Part shown: positions 14,058 to 27,700 of the stretch, one piece after another | Layout of the letters: each line of letters opens with the position of its first letter | Position numbering within the stretch: position 1 is the stretch's first letter | From: Flectonema sp. DT1601 | Taxonomy: Eukaryota | Direction: 5' to 3' | Length of the DNA stretch: 64,000 nt | Assembly (NCBI GenBank): GCA_964019425.1 | Contig: OZ025799.1 | Coordinates: 930,001 to 994,000 of the forward strand | Notes under the pieces: generated by a model | Told to the model about the DNA's origin: nothing | What the model saw: the letters and a program-made list of their open reading frames with translations, nothing else | Database searches by the model: none | Program-made: the position numbers and the translations under genes

Positions 14058-14091
<34 letters not shown>

Positions 14092-15820
14092 CCCGTTTAG
14101 TTAATATAAATGGTTATCAGTCAATCAAAAAAAAATCAATTTTCCTTTCAGTTAGGTAACCCAACGTTACTGTTTGTTAATGTTCCGAGGAAAATAACTC
14201 ACAGCAACAGAGGACCCAATCCGTGTGTTTCCTCAAAAAATAGAATAAATTTATTAAAAATAATAATAATAATAATAATAAGTGCACAGAATTTATGCGA
14301 CGAAATTTACCAAAAAAAGTAGAGGTTTTGTGGCATATTACTGTTTTTTTTTCAAAAAAAAAAAAAAAAAAAAAATCATCATAGGAGAGCAGTCACCATG
14401 GCGGCAGAACATAAGGTAAAAGGTTAGAGTTGACGGTGGCAAGTGGTTTTTTGAGAAACAATAATAGACTAAAATAAAACATACCACAATTTGAACACGT
14501 CCCCATGTCAGAATCACTTCAAAAAGACAAACTCTAAAACTAGAGGCAGTCAGTTCTCTTAAATTTCTCAAATGAGAACAAAAAAAAAAAAAATGGTACC
14601 AAACTAATATTAATACAGTAGGTATTTGAATAAAACAACCCACTGCCATCAAAGACCAGAAACGCAAATAATAGAGACAGGAATAAGCAAGATCAATAAT
14701 AAGATTTCTTTTTATTTTTTAAAAACCAACAACACAAATTGTAATTAGCTGCCCTTATCAAGAAAATGTGTTGTGGTAGTTGTTTTTTAACATTCCGTCA
14801 AAGAACTTAAAGAGAAAAAAAAAGGGTGAAAAAAAAGTTTTGCAAAAAAACTGGCAACAATTGTTGTAGAGGGGATTAACAAAGAAGCAAACGATCTCTG
14901 AAGGGAAAGATTACGAAACCTCCGCCAAGATCAAAAGGACAACCTATGAGCTACATCTAGCATTCGTGCGGTCTGAAAAACGAATCAGTGCCAAGGGAAA
15001 AAGAAAAAAAAGAAATGAGATGCAGCTGCAAAAGGTTATATTAAAACAATAAAAAAAAAAAATCGACAAACGCATGCGTACCTGAAGAAGAAATCAAACA
15101 GACAAGAAAAGATCAGAAAACTAAGAAATTCGACATCGTTGATAAAAAGTAAGCAACACGAGAAGTGTCAATTACCACAATCATCAAAGTCAACTAGTTT
15201 CCCTTTTTTTTTTTTTTTTTTTTTTCCACTTTTTTTTTTCTTCCTGTCTCTCCTTCTGCTTACTGGATACGTACATCAGACAAGGAAGGAATAAAACAAA
15301 AAAAAAAGTGAACCAAACAACAATAAACAACAAACAGCTAAAATAACAGCTTCTCACGTTGTTAAATAAAGGGAATATGTAAAGAAAGGACTAAAAAAAA
15401 AAGAAAATGACAAAAAAAAAAAAAAAAAAAAAAACTCATCAAGTTCGAACCTCGATGGATTTTCTTTTTTTTCTTCCTCAGCGTGGGGTGGTCAAATGAC
15501 CTCACTATGCTGATTAGAATTTACTTTTCTTTTAAAATAGGAAAACAGACATTACCAATATCCATCCGTCCTTGGAAGCCGAAGTCAAAACATAACTACA
15601 CACCTAAAGCAAATCGGCTTACAAACAACGAATCAAGATCGTTTGGAAACAAATGATTTTTTTTTTTTTTTTTTTTTTTTTAATGCACGAAAACGGTATC
15701 AAAATAAAAGATGTAATCCATTTACGTAGCGTTTCAAAAAATCTTTTTTTTTTTTTGTTTCTTTTTTTTTTTCCATTTTTCATTCCTAACTTTGGGGAAG
15801 TATTCAATATGACAACAGTA

Positions 15821-16992
15821 CTACTGTTCAGCACGTTCCCACAAAGTGTCGTATGCAAGGATGCTTGAGAGAGGGGATCTGCCCCTGTAGCCAGAAAAGC
15901 GGCCATCAAGCGACCACTTCGCTAGTGTGTTGGCACACGCCTGGCAAACAGCGTTGACTTGGGCAGTTTTGGTACAGTCAGCAGTGACATTGTTTTGGTC
16001 GTCAAAATCCAACACGTGAAGAGCTGACTGACTGTTTGCAGGTTTTTCATCCGTTACTTTCTGAGCTGAGATTGCAATGGTTTGCTGCACTGAGAAGATC
16101 GTAAAAAAGTCAACCAAAAGCTGTCCCTTGTCATTCGGTTTCTGTGACTTCATAGCGACATGCAACAACATTAACAAGATAGCATACGATGGAAGACCTC
16201 CAACACCAACATCTGTACATCCAGACTGTCTGAATACCATTCTAATTGTTGTGTAGACATCTCTAATGGCTGGGTATTGAGCTAACTTTCTCTTTACAAC
16301 TGAAACAGTTTGTCTGGCAGGTGATTTTCCCTCAAAGAATGTAACATTAGCAGTCACACCTTGAGTATCACGAAACTTACAGAATGATTGATTCTCTCCT
16401 CCAACAGCACAAGAGAAGATGTGTTCAACTGTTAAATGAGCGTTGGTGGCGATGTTGTAAATCGATGATTCGAAGTTTCTGAGATCACCGCAGTCTTCAC
16501 AAACTAAATCTAAACCCGACTCTGGTAGTGAGCACACATAGGCAAAACTTCCGTAGACTTTTACAGTCACGTCAGGCCACCAACGAGTTGCCTCACCCTG
16601 AAGGGCTGATCTAATACTGTGTCTAGCACTGCTTTCTTTTGGAGATAACTCCATTAGTCTACTTAAAGCCTCAATCTCATCAGTTAGAGTAACCATTTCC
16701 TTAACTGCTCCATCAGGATACCATGGAGTTGTAACAACTGACATTTCAGCTCCTTTTCTGTTTCTTCTCTTGCTGCTAAATAGTGAGCTCTGCCCTCTCG
16801 AGATCGATCCAGTCGTTGAAGAGAACTGATCTTCAGATCCAGATGACCAGCTGTTTTGATTGCGTTGATGATGTTATTATTATTAATGATAATAAACAGT
16901 AATGTTAGATAGCGAGTGATAACACGTAATACATACCACATACTGCTGCTGTGTCCTGAATACTCAGCAGCTTGGTTCTGAACCTTTGACAT
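15821..16992 (-). CDS. TRF4/PAPD5-like non-canonical poly(A) polymerase family protein, probably catalytically inactive; two exons (16992-16937, 16850-15821), 361 aa
   Basis: YGSF...LPESGLDLV, GGLPSYA and LLVDFF motifs. A GT-AG intron joins an upstream ATG exon in frame. Confidence 0.8.
16851..16936 (-). other. Spliceosomal intron (86 nt)
   Basis: GTATGT donor, CTAAC branch-like site and AAACAG acceptor. The intron has in-frame TAA stops, and its removal gives a continuous frame MSKVQ...SMC-WSSGSEDQ. Confidence 0.75.
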
Positions 16993-17270
16993 AGTGAAGG
17001 AAGGTGAGGAAGTGTTTACAATAATATCTGTCGAGAGGAATAAATAAATAAATAAAAAACTAAATGCATGCGGCTTTAATATAATATATTCAACAAGTCT
17101 AAACATAGTCTTATACAGCTCGGTAATGAATGTTAAAAAGATTTAATCTTCTATTAGCTGGTCAGGTCACAAGAAGAAGAGGAAGAGTTAATTAATAAAC
17201 AGAAATAACAAAAATAATAATTCTAACAGAAATCTACAAAACATAAATACCTAAACAAGTCCTTGTTTTA

Positions 17271-19808
17271 CTAACCAAGAGCAGATGCAAATGGCGGAGT
17301 TTCAGAGCGACCAACGTGAAGAACATCAGGACTTTGATCATCTGAAAGGATAATTATAGTTTCAGAATTAAGATCACCTGATCTCTTTAATGACATCGGA
17401 GTTAATTCAGTAGCAGCGCGGAGCTTCTCTTCACCGTTCGGGAGACGAGCCCACCAGCAATCTCGAGATCGGAGACGCTGATCTGATCCACTGTACCGTT
17501 CAACAAGAACTGCAGGACCATCAGCAGAATGAACATCCATACCAGGAAGTAGTAATGGAGACACAGATTGTGATGAGGGCTGCAGTAAAGTTCTACTCAC
17601 AGATGAGGTTTCTCCCGCTTGAGTTTCAACTGACGGGTCTCTTGTTGGTGGCGGTGGAGGAGATGCTCTCAAGTACCCCAAGTCACTTAGAAGTGACTCA
17701 GACTTTAATAAACCTCCACCAACACCCATCGAACTGTTCATTTCATAACTACTATCAATTCTACTGATCGATGAATTACTAACAATCTGTTGCTCTTGTT
17801 GAAGTGGTCGACCTGTTGGAGGTCGACTTCGAATATCATTTCTGGGTTTCCCACTCCTCGCCATCTTCTCAGTTATCAGCTGCAAATTATACTCCGCATT
17901 ACTTTTCTGTTGTGAAATTTCAGCTATTTTCTTTTCCAGTTCGATTCTCTCCGCAGTTGATTTTTTAGTTGAATCGTCAATTAATCTATCCTGATCAGAG
18001 AGTTTTTGTTTCAATTCTCTAACCTCTCTCTCACTGCGATATTCGGAGTTTCGATCTTCGGTTTGGAGAAGACGTAAATTGGTTTCCGATTCCTCCACTT
18101 TGATTAATGCTGCAGTAAGTTGTTTATCTAAACAACCCGCTTGTTGATCTCGTGTTTGTAAGTCACGATGTGTTGAGCTTAGTTTAGATTTGTACATATC
18201 AATACTTCGAGTTGCTGTGGTTAGTTGTTCTTGTAATGAAGTAATCTCCTTTTGATGATCTGTTGTGATTGCGTCTGTGATATCAAAAGGATCTCCTTCA
18301 GAAGTAAATGATTTTCTTCCACCTGACTCGTATGTTATAACACCTGGAATCTTCCATCCCGATAGTTTTGGTATCGCTGGAAGTTGTCTTGCGACTTCAC
18401 TTGACACGCTGGGGTTGATATCTTTCTTTTTTGAAACAGAATTGAGTCGTTCCACTAACGAAGCATTCTCTATTCTAAATGACTCTTCTGCTTCTTCTCT
18501 GATAGATAAGGCTAGACGAAGACGGTCAATCTCTTTATTCGATTTCACAAGCAGCTCTTCATCACCTCCCTTCTGTTGACTGGACACTAAATCATTGTAC
18601 TTGCCGGACACAGAATTAAACCGTTCCAGGAGGGATGAGTTCTCCAGACGAAGATCCTGTTCAGACTCTTCTTTAAGAGATAATATCAATCGAAGTTGAT
18701 CAATTTCTTTATCAGAAGTATTCGTCTTATCGTCTACTGATAAGTGTTTTGTTTGTTGTACATTAGCGCCACAGCTACAAGAATTAAGTCTGATACGAAG
18801 GTGTTCAATCTCGTTATCTTTATCTGCAGCCTGTGATGTTAATTGTTGAAGTGTTTGATCGTTGTTGTCGAGTTGTTGCTGTTGATCTTCAACACGTTCT
18901 CGCAGTTTGCTGCATTCTGTTGACGCTGTTTCAATACTTTGCTCATATAATTTCAGTGTTGCTTTTAGTTGGATTATCCCGCTTGTGTTTTCAGTTCGAG
19001 AATCTATTCTCTTTGCGAGAGATTGCTGCAAGTCCTGGAACTCTGTCGATAACTTCTGTAGATTCCCTTTGTATAGTTTAACTGTAGACTGTAAGGTTTC
19101 GTTGTGTAGCATTAGTTCTCGTTGAGTTGTTTTTTCTTCTTCAATCTCCAGAGAGTGGAATTCCTTGTCTCGATCTCTAGCAAGACGCTCGTTTGAAATG
19201 ATTTCTTCGTATCGATTACGGTGTTCGTCTCCCCATCGGCCGGACATCTTTTTCTGAAGTCGATTGTTTTCATCTGTTAGAATGACGTTCTTTTCTCGAG
19301 TGTTGGAAAGTTGTTTTTTAGTTTTCTCCAATTCGACTGACAGAGCTGAACCATCTGCTGAGAGAGATTGACTGCGTAGGCGCTCACGCTCTAGGTTTGA
19401 TTTGTGCTTTTTGATAGCAGCCTTAAGACTATCAACCTCCTTCAATTCACTAACTGTTTCTAGAGATGGTTTTCGACTACTGACAGATGTACTTCGACGT
19501 AGTCGTAGTGAATGATTTGGTTTAGATGCCGTTGTTGTAGACAATTGTTTCTTTTGTAGTTCAGTATTAAATTCATTAGCAGCCTGCAACTGTTGTTGAA
19601 GATTAATCAAATCAGTTGACATCTCTTCTAATTCTACTTCGCTGATGTTGGCTTCGTTTCGTAAACGTTTTACTTCATTTTGTAACTCTAATTGTAATGG
19701 GTCGGTAGCATCACCTTCCGATGTCGCGATTTCAATTTCATCAAGCCATCGATCACAATTAACTGGAGATGAGACTGTGACCTGAATGCTATCAACACCA
19801 ATCGTCAT
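17271..19808 (-). CDS. Long coiled-coil protein (845 aa or more; probably the last exon of a longer gene)
   Basis: Extensive E/Q/K/L heptad-like content. The frame stays open upstream (RCVKDYLVHNE) to an AACAG near 19846, suggesting a missing 5' exon. Confidence 0.75.
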   Translation of the reverse strand: MTIGVDSIQVTVSSPVNCDRWLDEIEIATSEGDATDPLQLELQNEVKRLRNEANISEVELEEMSTDLINLQQQLQAANEFNTELQKKQLSTTTASKPNHSLRLRRSTSVSSRKPSLETVSELKEVDSLKAAIKKHKSNLERERLRSQSLSADGSALSVELEKTKKQLSNTREKNVILTDENNRLQKKMSGRWGDEHRNRYEEIISNERLARDRDKEFHSLEIEEEKTTQRELMLHNETLQSTVKLYKGNLQKLSTEFQDLQQSLAKRIDSRTENTSGIIQLKATLKLYEQSIETASTECSKLRERVEDQQQQLDNNDQTLQQLTSQAADKDNEIEHLRIRLNSCSCGANVQQTKHLSVDDKTNTSDKEIDQLRLILSLKEESEQDLRLENSSLLERFNSVSGKYNDLVSSQQKGGDEELLVKSNKEIDRLRLALSIREEAEESFRIENASLVERLNSVSKKKDINPSVSSEVARQLPAIPKLSGWKIPGVITYESGGRKSFTSEGDPFDITDAITTDHQKEITSLQEQLTTATRSIDMYKSKLSSTHRDLQTRDQQAGCLDKQLTAALIKVEESETNLRLLQTEDRNSEYRSEREVRELKQKLSDQDRLIDDSTKKSTAERIELEKKIAEISQQKSNAEYNLQLITEKMARSGKPRNDIRSRPPTGRPLQQEQQIVSNSSISRIDSSYEMNSSMGVGGGLLKSESLLSDLGYLRASPPPPPTRDPSVETQAGETSSVSRTLLQPSSQSVSPLLLPGMDVHSADGPAVLVERYSGSDQRLRSRDCWWARLPNGEEKLRAATELTPMSLKRSGDLNSETIIILSDDQSPDVLHVGRSETPPFASALG

Positions 19809-22800
19809 TTCATTTATGTACTAAATAGTCTTTAACACATCTGTCTGTTGTGATGAATAAATTACAATATAATAATCAGGTTGGCTCTAATTACAAATTA
19901 AGGTCATTGGTTTTTTTTTTTTTTTTTTTTTTCCCTGTATAACGAAATGTAATAATAACAAAAATAATAAATAAAATAAGATCTTTCTTTCCTTTAAAAT
20001 CAGTCGAAAAGAAGCCACTAGCATTTCCTTTGTTCGTTATGGGGTTATTGTTTTTTTTTTTTTTTTTTTTAAATCAAAAAAGAAAAGATGGAGAGGGACA
20101 GAAATCGTCTAGGTGCCTTTCAACCAATTCTTTGGATTGAAACTTTTTTTTTTTTTTTTTTTTTTTTCATAGTTTTCTTGAAGTGAGGGGAAGAGTTGAT
20201 TTGTGCAAGAGAGGGAAAATAAGGGAACCACCCGGCGTAAAGAGAAAAAGGGCGAAATCGGGACTGAACACGTATGCCTTTCTACACCATATAATCAAGT
20301 ATCGACGCAACGCTTTAGACATCAGTCAGCACACAACATGTTCAGGGACACGAGTTGCTTGTTTTTTTTTTTTTTTTTTTTCCCATTTTAAAAATACTCA
20401 AAACGCCTATGTGGTGCAAGAAAACATTGAGGGAGGGTGGAGGATATGCGGAAGGATAAGGAGATAATGGGCTGGGAGAGAATCGATATAAAAAAAAAGT
20501 TTCGGGGACTTGAGGGCAGGATGCGGATCATTAAGAGTTTTTTTGTTTTGAGAAAATGGTTGATGTACTTAATATTTTTTTACGCTTTTTTTTTTTTTTT
20601 TTTTTTTTTTGGTTTGACTTTTGATTGAGAAAGAATGAAGAAAGAAAGCGAACGAATTAATTCTTATCTACGTGTTCCTTAACCTCACGTAAGAACTACA
20701 CAACACCACGTCATTCCACCAATTACGACTATGTCTGTATGTAATCATGGCACAAAAGCATGAATAAACGTGAAGGAAAGCTGTGGAATATTGGGTGAGT
20801 GAGATAGTGGGAGTTAGTCCCAAAGGACTTTTTTACTGCTTTTTCTTTTTTTCTTAACAGGAAACCAAGTCCAAGAAACAAACAACGAGACAACAGGGGG
20901 GTGTCTTTTGTCCGCGATGTCCTTCTTCTCTCTATGTAGTTAAGAAAGACATAAAGAGAAAGAACACAAAGCAGCTTCAAAGTGGCATCAGCCACTTGGA
21001 ACGCCTCTTTTTATTGGATTTGCTAATCTTTGATTTGTTTCCTTTTTGTTGTGAAAAGGCAATCGTTTCGGTCTATCCTGACGTCAACTCATTTGTGATC
21101 TTGCACAGTGAGAATGGGACAGAAACGAACGGCGATAAGGAAATAAATGAAACAATGAGGAGTACGAAAGGAATAAGAAAGAGAGAGAACACCTTCGTTG
21201 AATTCGGTACGAAAGCTCAAAAGTCCAGCAAAAGGACAAGCAAATGAACGTCTGGTGATAAAAAAAGTAAATTATGTCAAACCGTGTTTATTTTTTTTTA
21301 TTTTTTTTCAGCTCGAAGATGATCTTCAAGCGAAGGCGCGCTTACCAACATAATGTTCTTTTGATTTTAATTGTAGCTAACTCAAGTGAGATTTTCTTTT
21401 TTTTTTTTTTTTTTTTTTTTAAATCCGGTTACCAACTCTTTACCCTACCATTCGACAACTACCTCAATGACACGTCTTATTCAGACGGTGGCAAAGACAC
21501 AACATCGGTCGAAGATTCCCAAGTTGTAAAAAAGGTACCACAGATAAGACAACCGGGTAATCAACGTGAGAAATTACAAAAAAAAAAAAAATGAACAAAA
21601 ATGGGCAGGAGAATAAGATAGATTCTAAAAAAAGTGTCTACTGGTATTAGAAACAAGAGATTGTCAAAAAAAGAGATTTTTTTGCATAGGAGTAAAAAAA
21701 GAAATTGATAATTCCAATGTTTGCTTGACACTTAAGAAAGATCATCTCAAGCGAACATACTTTTCATTTTATGATTTTAATTGAACGAAAGAAGAGCAGG
21801 AAATCTAACAATTGTTTTCCCATTATTGGTTGTTTTTTTTTTTTTTCCCCAACAATGAGAAAATAAGCTAAATCAACACTAAAAAGTGGTACACAATAGT
21901 ACTTTTTTTGAAAAAAAAACTACATGGCGACCACCAATGCGTCATGTCAAAGTGGAAAACAGAGGAGGGCGAGCACGTAGCTCAAAAGCCTTAGTTGCAA
22001 CAGCACAAACCTCATGTACTGATATCGTAAGTAAATATAAAAGGGAAAAAATAGAACAAAACGAGTCGTTCACAGAGATCGAAGGGACCGGCTGGATATG
22101 TGAGAAGAGCAGGGGTTTTTTTTTTTTTTTTTTTAAAGACATCCAAGGGATAGGATGCTACGTAGTAAAGAATAAAATATTTTAAATAAGAAAAGATAGA
22201 GGGAGGGGAGAAAAAGAGAAATAATTCGGAACTTATTAAAAAGTAAGAATAACTACTACCCTCGGAGGACAAGTCACACTTTTTTTCAAACACAACCGCC
22301 CCCTTTAAAGAAATTACTTTAAGGTAGAAATGCCAAAATAAATGGCAAAAAACAAAAACAAAACAAAAAAAAATTGTGTCAATAAGCATATTTTTTTTTT
22401 TTTTTTTTGGTGAGAGAGTTATTTATTTTTTTAGTTAGTTGAAAATAGAAAAGACTTCCTTTTTTTTTTTTTTTTTTTTTTTTTTTCCCATTTCCCACCC
22501 AACTGCTGAAGTGAATTCCGATAGAAACTGATACACGCTCCGTTGAAGGAAATAGTCTGCTCTAAGAGGTGGGTAATTCCACCTACTAACTCACGTTTTA
22601 TCATAAGATTTCGGTCCACTTACAACAGCTAAACAAACGGGAAAACGATCCGGGGGAAAAAAATATTATTAAAAATAATGAAAAGAAGAAAATCATAACT
22701 TACATAATAACAACACTTTACGAGCATTCCGAGCATGCAACGATGAGGTTAAGAAGGGAGTTATATTACTTCCGTTTGATGTGTCGTTATCATTATTATT

Positions 22801-24784
22801 TGTTTGTTGTTTTCCGCGTCATTCATTTTCGTTTAATTTTTTTTTTTTCTCTTCAAAAGAAAATCTTTTTTTTTTTAATAGTACATTTGCTACAAAGAGA
22901 AATAAAGAAAACCGTGCACAATGCATCCCCGGGTAGGGGAAATGCGACGAAAGTGCAAACTAAAATTAAAAAAATAAAAATAAAAATGAGATAATTTATT
23001 CTTCCCCCCAAAATAAGGCAAGAATAAAAACTTCAGGAAAAAAAAGATGTGCTGGCGATCCTATAATAAAAGTGTAGTAAAAAAATTAAAAACAAAAAAT
23101 AAAAATAAAAATAAAAACAGATGTGGGACGGGTGAGTCTACTGACTCAAGTGGGTTTCAAAGAATAAAATAGAAGGGTAAAAAATAGCAAGGCGAAACGG
23201 TATTGGCTGCACTGCAATCGCAGATATGCCAAATCACTTTCCGTATTCTGCTTGTTTTACAGGTTGGAGATACGTAGACAATCCCAGATTATTTTCGTTT
23301 GTTCTTATTTTTTTTTTTTTGATAATTATGCTTCTATCGCCGGGCCGGTCTTCCAGAAAAAATAAAAACGACCGACTTTTCTGTAAGAGAAAATCAAGAT
23401 GCTACACAAGATGCTTTCAATAATCAATAAAGAACTATTTTCTTCAGTCATCCAAGCAGGGCTTCTCTACATCATTGATATTCCAGATTTCAGAAAAGAA
23501 TGCGCTCATGCGAGAAAGCCACGAAGAACAACTACTTTACTAGAGGATGGAATTTAAATGGATTATCTACGTCTCCCGTGAGTGAGGAAAAAAATTCAAA
23601 GCGCTTTCATAAAGGAACAAGTATGCACACGCGAACACATAAACAAAAATTGAACAAAAAAAAAAAAAAAAAAAATGAACTGAAATCCAACAGTGAAATA
23701 AAAAAGAAAAAGAAATAAAGGAATTAAGGCTGACTCACAATTGCCATCTAAAAAAACACTCGAAATGTTTTTAACACATAAAAAAAAGAACTCTTATCTC
23801 AACGACTATCAAGCAGAGCCTTCCAGTGTCCTCAACATTAATTAATCGTGTGTCACGAGGATCAATTTAATTGTCAAAACCAACTCCTTTGTTTTTTTTT
23901 GTTTTTTTTTTGTCATCACTATTTAGAATCTTCAAAAAATAAAGAAGAGAATTTAAAACTTTAAAAACAAAATAAGAGTTCAGCTTCGATACCCTGCAAA
24001 GCAACTAAAAATAACAGGCGAAAACAGGGAAAGCAACATGCGATCACCGATGGAGTGAAACATCAGGTAAAGCGTGCAAAAGAGAGGAATTCTGAATACC
24101 TTGTACGATCACAGAATGATCTACAACAGATTTTTTTTTTTTTTTTTTTTTTTTCCTCCCGTTTCTTCAAGAATTCATACTTCGAAAAAAGAAAAATTGA
24201 AATTGAAAGTGCCACAGACTGCTACAACAAACAACTCGTAACTAAACTAACATACAGAGGTTAACTCTTTTAGGACAACAACCTGAAACACCCGTACACG
24301 GAATATTCCTGCGCAAGCGGGCTTGTCACACAGTCTCGTAGTTGGGAGTTTTTTTTTTTTTTTTTTTTTCCATCGTCGTCAACAGGAATACCTGAATTGT
24401 CTTCTCTTCTTTTTAGTGGAAAAAGAAAAAATGAAATGAAAAAAATAATAAAACTCATATTATCTCTGTGGATTGTTCTCTCCCAAAATCGCGTCACCCT
24501 CTTTCCTTAATTCAGGTGTTGAGTGTTTAGAGGAGAATGAACAGATTCTTTTAATTTTCTTCCTTTTTTTTTTTTTTTTAATGGCATGTTAATGTTGGTT
24601 TTTTTTTTTTTTTTTTTGTTCGTCAGTGATGTAAACGTAAATAAGTACATCGAGGAAAGTCTCGTGATTAACCACTAGCTCGATTTTAGTTTGTTTGTTT
24701 ATTTATATTTTATTTCATTTTTTCCCCCCTCTTCTCAAGATATCCAGCCTTGAAAATAAAATTACATTACTGAAAAAGAATGAT

Positions 24785-27700
24785 CTACAGAATTGCCTTC
24801 TTGACAGTTCCCATGATGCCCTTAAAGACCTCAGCAAAACTGAGTTCAGCTGAAAAGTCAAGTCTTTTGGCCTTACCAAGAATAATAAGGTCTGCGTGAA
24901 GGTCTAGTTTAGTTGTCTTTGATGTGAGAACAGACTTGAAACCTAGACTTTGAATAGAAAACACTTTACTGAGGGAACCATATTTCTTGATGAGGCCGCT
25001 AAACTTCTGCGCTCCAACCTTTGCGATCTCCAGACCCTTTGCCGCGACTTGCATTGCTTTCTCTGCAACATAAAGAAAACCCTTTGCGACATCAATGGCT
25101 GCGTGTGAGATATGTTCTGCAACACCCAGGGCCTTCTCAGCAACAACCAAAAGCTTTGAGAATTGCTTCATAATCCAACACCTGAATACTCCCCAACAGA
25201 TACGAATACCAAACCATCCTCTTCTGCACTTCTTAGCACATGCTGCACGTTGCTTACGAATTCTGTAATCACGAACTCTGTTCTGGGCAGAACGGATTGC
25301 CTTCGATGCCTTGTCCTTCGCCGCATCAAGTTTACGCTGAGCATCGCGAACCTTGGAAGCTGCCTGTTCAAACTTTTTCTGCTTATCTTCCAAGAAGACT
25401 GCCGCTTTGTCTGCGAGTCCAGCAAAGAAGTCTCCAGCCTTGTCTAGGATATCGTTGACGAATCCGACAGACATACTTCCTTCAATTACGTTCTTGAAGT
25501 CCTTGTCACCTGGCTTACCTTGAACAAGAAGCAAGACATCAACCTGAAGTCCTAATAAACTCAAATGAAAGGTACCTCTTGATCCCATGGTACCAACTGA
25601 TAGATCCAACATGGTAGTCAGACCGAGAAGCTTGATCTCTCCACGAACATCAAACTGTTGCTTTGTCAATGTTAAGGCAAGCTGGAATCCAGGACCCTGT
25701 GTTGGGTCTCCAGGAGCAGTAATAGTCAGAGGCCCCCAGTTCACTGGCGCCAATTGCAAACCGGCTTCAATACCAGTGACGTCAAGCTTGAAGTTCGCAG
25801 ACTCAACGTGAAGGACTCCCAATATTTTAAGGTTCTTAATATTAACACTCATACCTGCATCAATTGTCTCAGAAGCTGCTCCAGCGTGAATAACAACAGC
25901 GTTGATTGGATCAGGATTGAATGAACCCTTTAATAATTCTAATGCAGTTCCGTCAACAATGTCTTCAACTCCAACGATGCACTTTTGACAGCGTCCAACG
26001 TCAACGATCAGAGTTCTCATACTGAGGCCTCCGATTTCACCCTTGAAAGCTGTCTTAGAGAAGTCAACGATGTCAATTCCGATAACAATTCTACCGTGTG
26101 CTCCTCCAATCTGCATTCCTCCAAAGAAGGAGAAGCTAGTTGGTGATCCAGAAACGTGAATACCCATTTCAATTCCGAGAGGGAAGAGTACTTCAACACC
26201 TCCAATTCCAAATGGGTTCTTCCAAGGCTTTGGTGAGTCGAGTGATAAACCAATTGAGATGGTACCACCTGCATCAAGTCCGATAAATCCACCAGCAGTC
26301 AAGACCTGTTGATTGACTCCCTTTCCAACAGTGAAGTCGATCTCTGCCAAGAAACCAATTTCTGGAACAGTTGAAATCTTGAAGGCGAGAGCTAACGTTC
26401 TGAAGTATGTTCCACCTCCCAAGTGAATATTACCCGCAAGCATTGCGAAGACAGTAATCTCCTTAGTGCTCAAGATGTCTGCCTGAAGTACGAATCCAGT
26501 AATACCAGTTTTTGACGGTGTCTTCGCTCCATCAATCTGCGACCTGAAGTCGGAAGGCGCTGAGGTCATCATCTTCTGCATCTGATCGTTAGTTTCTCCC
26601 AACACAATTCTAATGGATAAACCCTTTCTTACTTGAATACCTTCAATTACCATTTTAGAGTTCGCAATATTGATCGAAAGTTCACTTGGTTTCAATCCAT
26701 CTAAAACCTTATCAACGATACCTGGCATTCCTGTGCGACCATTGAAGTCTGATGTGAGGAAGTAGGCTCCGAACTTCCACTTCCCTCCGTCGAATTGGAT
26801 TCCGATGGCAGACTCGAACTCAAGTCCGTAAAGGGAACCGACAGCACGTACAGAGAGGTACTTCTCACTAAAGTTAATCTTCAAAGTGATGGTGTCCAAA
26901 ACAGCTGAACTGAGTGAGGATTGCATTGCTGGGTTTCCAGAGCTGCTTGCGAACGGTGAAGAAGTCGTCGATTTTGAGTACCACTTCGAAGTGAACGACG
27001 CAATAGAAATATCCGTCTGTGATTTCTTCTGTCCGATAAAGATCACATCAGTTAAAGGTTGAACACCAAATGATAAACTCATTGTGAAGTCACCATCCAT
27101 AAAGTCTCCTCTGATCTCAACAGTCTTCTTGTCGTTGATGTCGTTTTCAACAACAACTGAAACCTCATCGATTACGAGATTCTTTCCGTGGAATGGAATA
27201 GTAAGTTTTTTAATTGATCCTTCAACTCTCCACATTGGGGCCTGGCAGCCTGGTCTTGAGAATGAGATGTCAATTTCTACGGCAGGAATCTGATGAGGAA
27301 GTTTCTTCAGAACGAGTGTTCCCTTACCAGTGCAGTTTGATGTGCCAACAGCGACCTTGACGTCAACGTTATCATCTTCGTACTTAACCATTCCGTCAAT
27401 AGTTCCGTTCTTTGTGTCAAATTGGAATAGAGCGCTCACACCTGAGGTAGACATTCCTGCGATGGAACCTGTCCAGTCTCTAGTACCTAATTTAGCATTT
27501 GGATCACCTCCATTGTCACTTGAAGTCAATGCTACAGTAAGGGAGTGGTATGAAGTTCCTGTTGGTCCATTCCATCCAAGTGCAGCGCTTCCAGCGATTT
27601 GAACGACACCTGAGCATTTGTTGTATGAGACCTGACCAGTAATATCTAAATCAGCGAGATCCTTAATTCTGATAGTAGCGTTTGCGGTACCTTGAGAAGC

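Noticed and set aside
9000..15800. Short poly-Lys/poly-Phe ORFs (also 1846-2716 and 19900-24500)
   Set aside because: They are products of A/T homopolymer tracts with no protein-like composition.
16684..17106. Separate 140-aa ORF
   Set aside because: It is explained by exon 1 and intron read-through of the TRF4-like gene.
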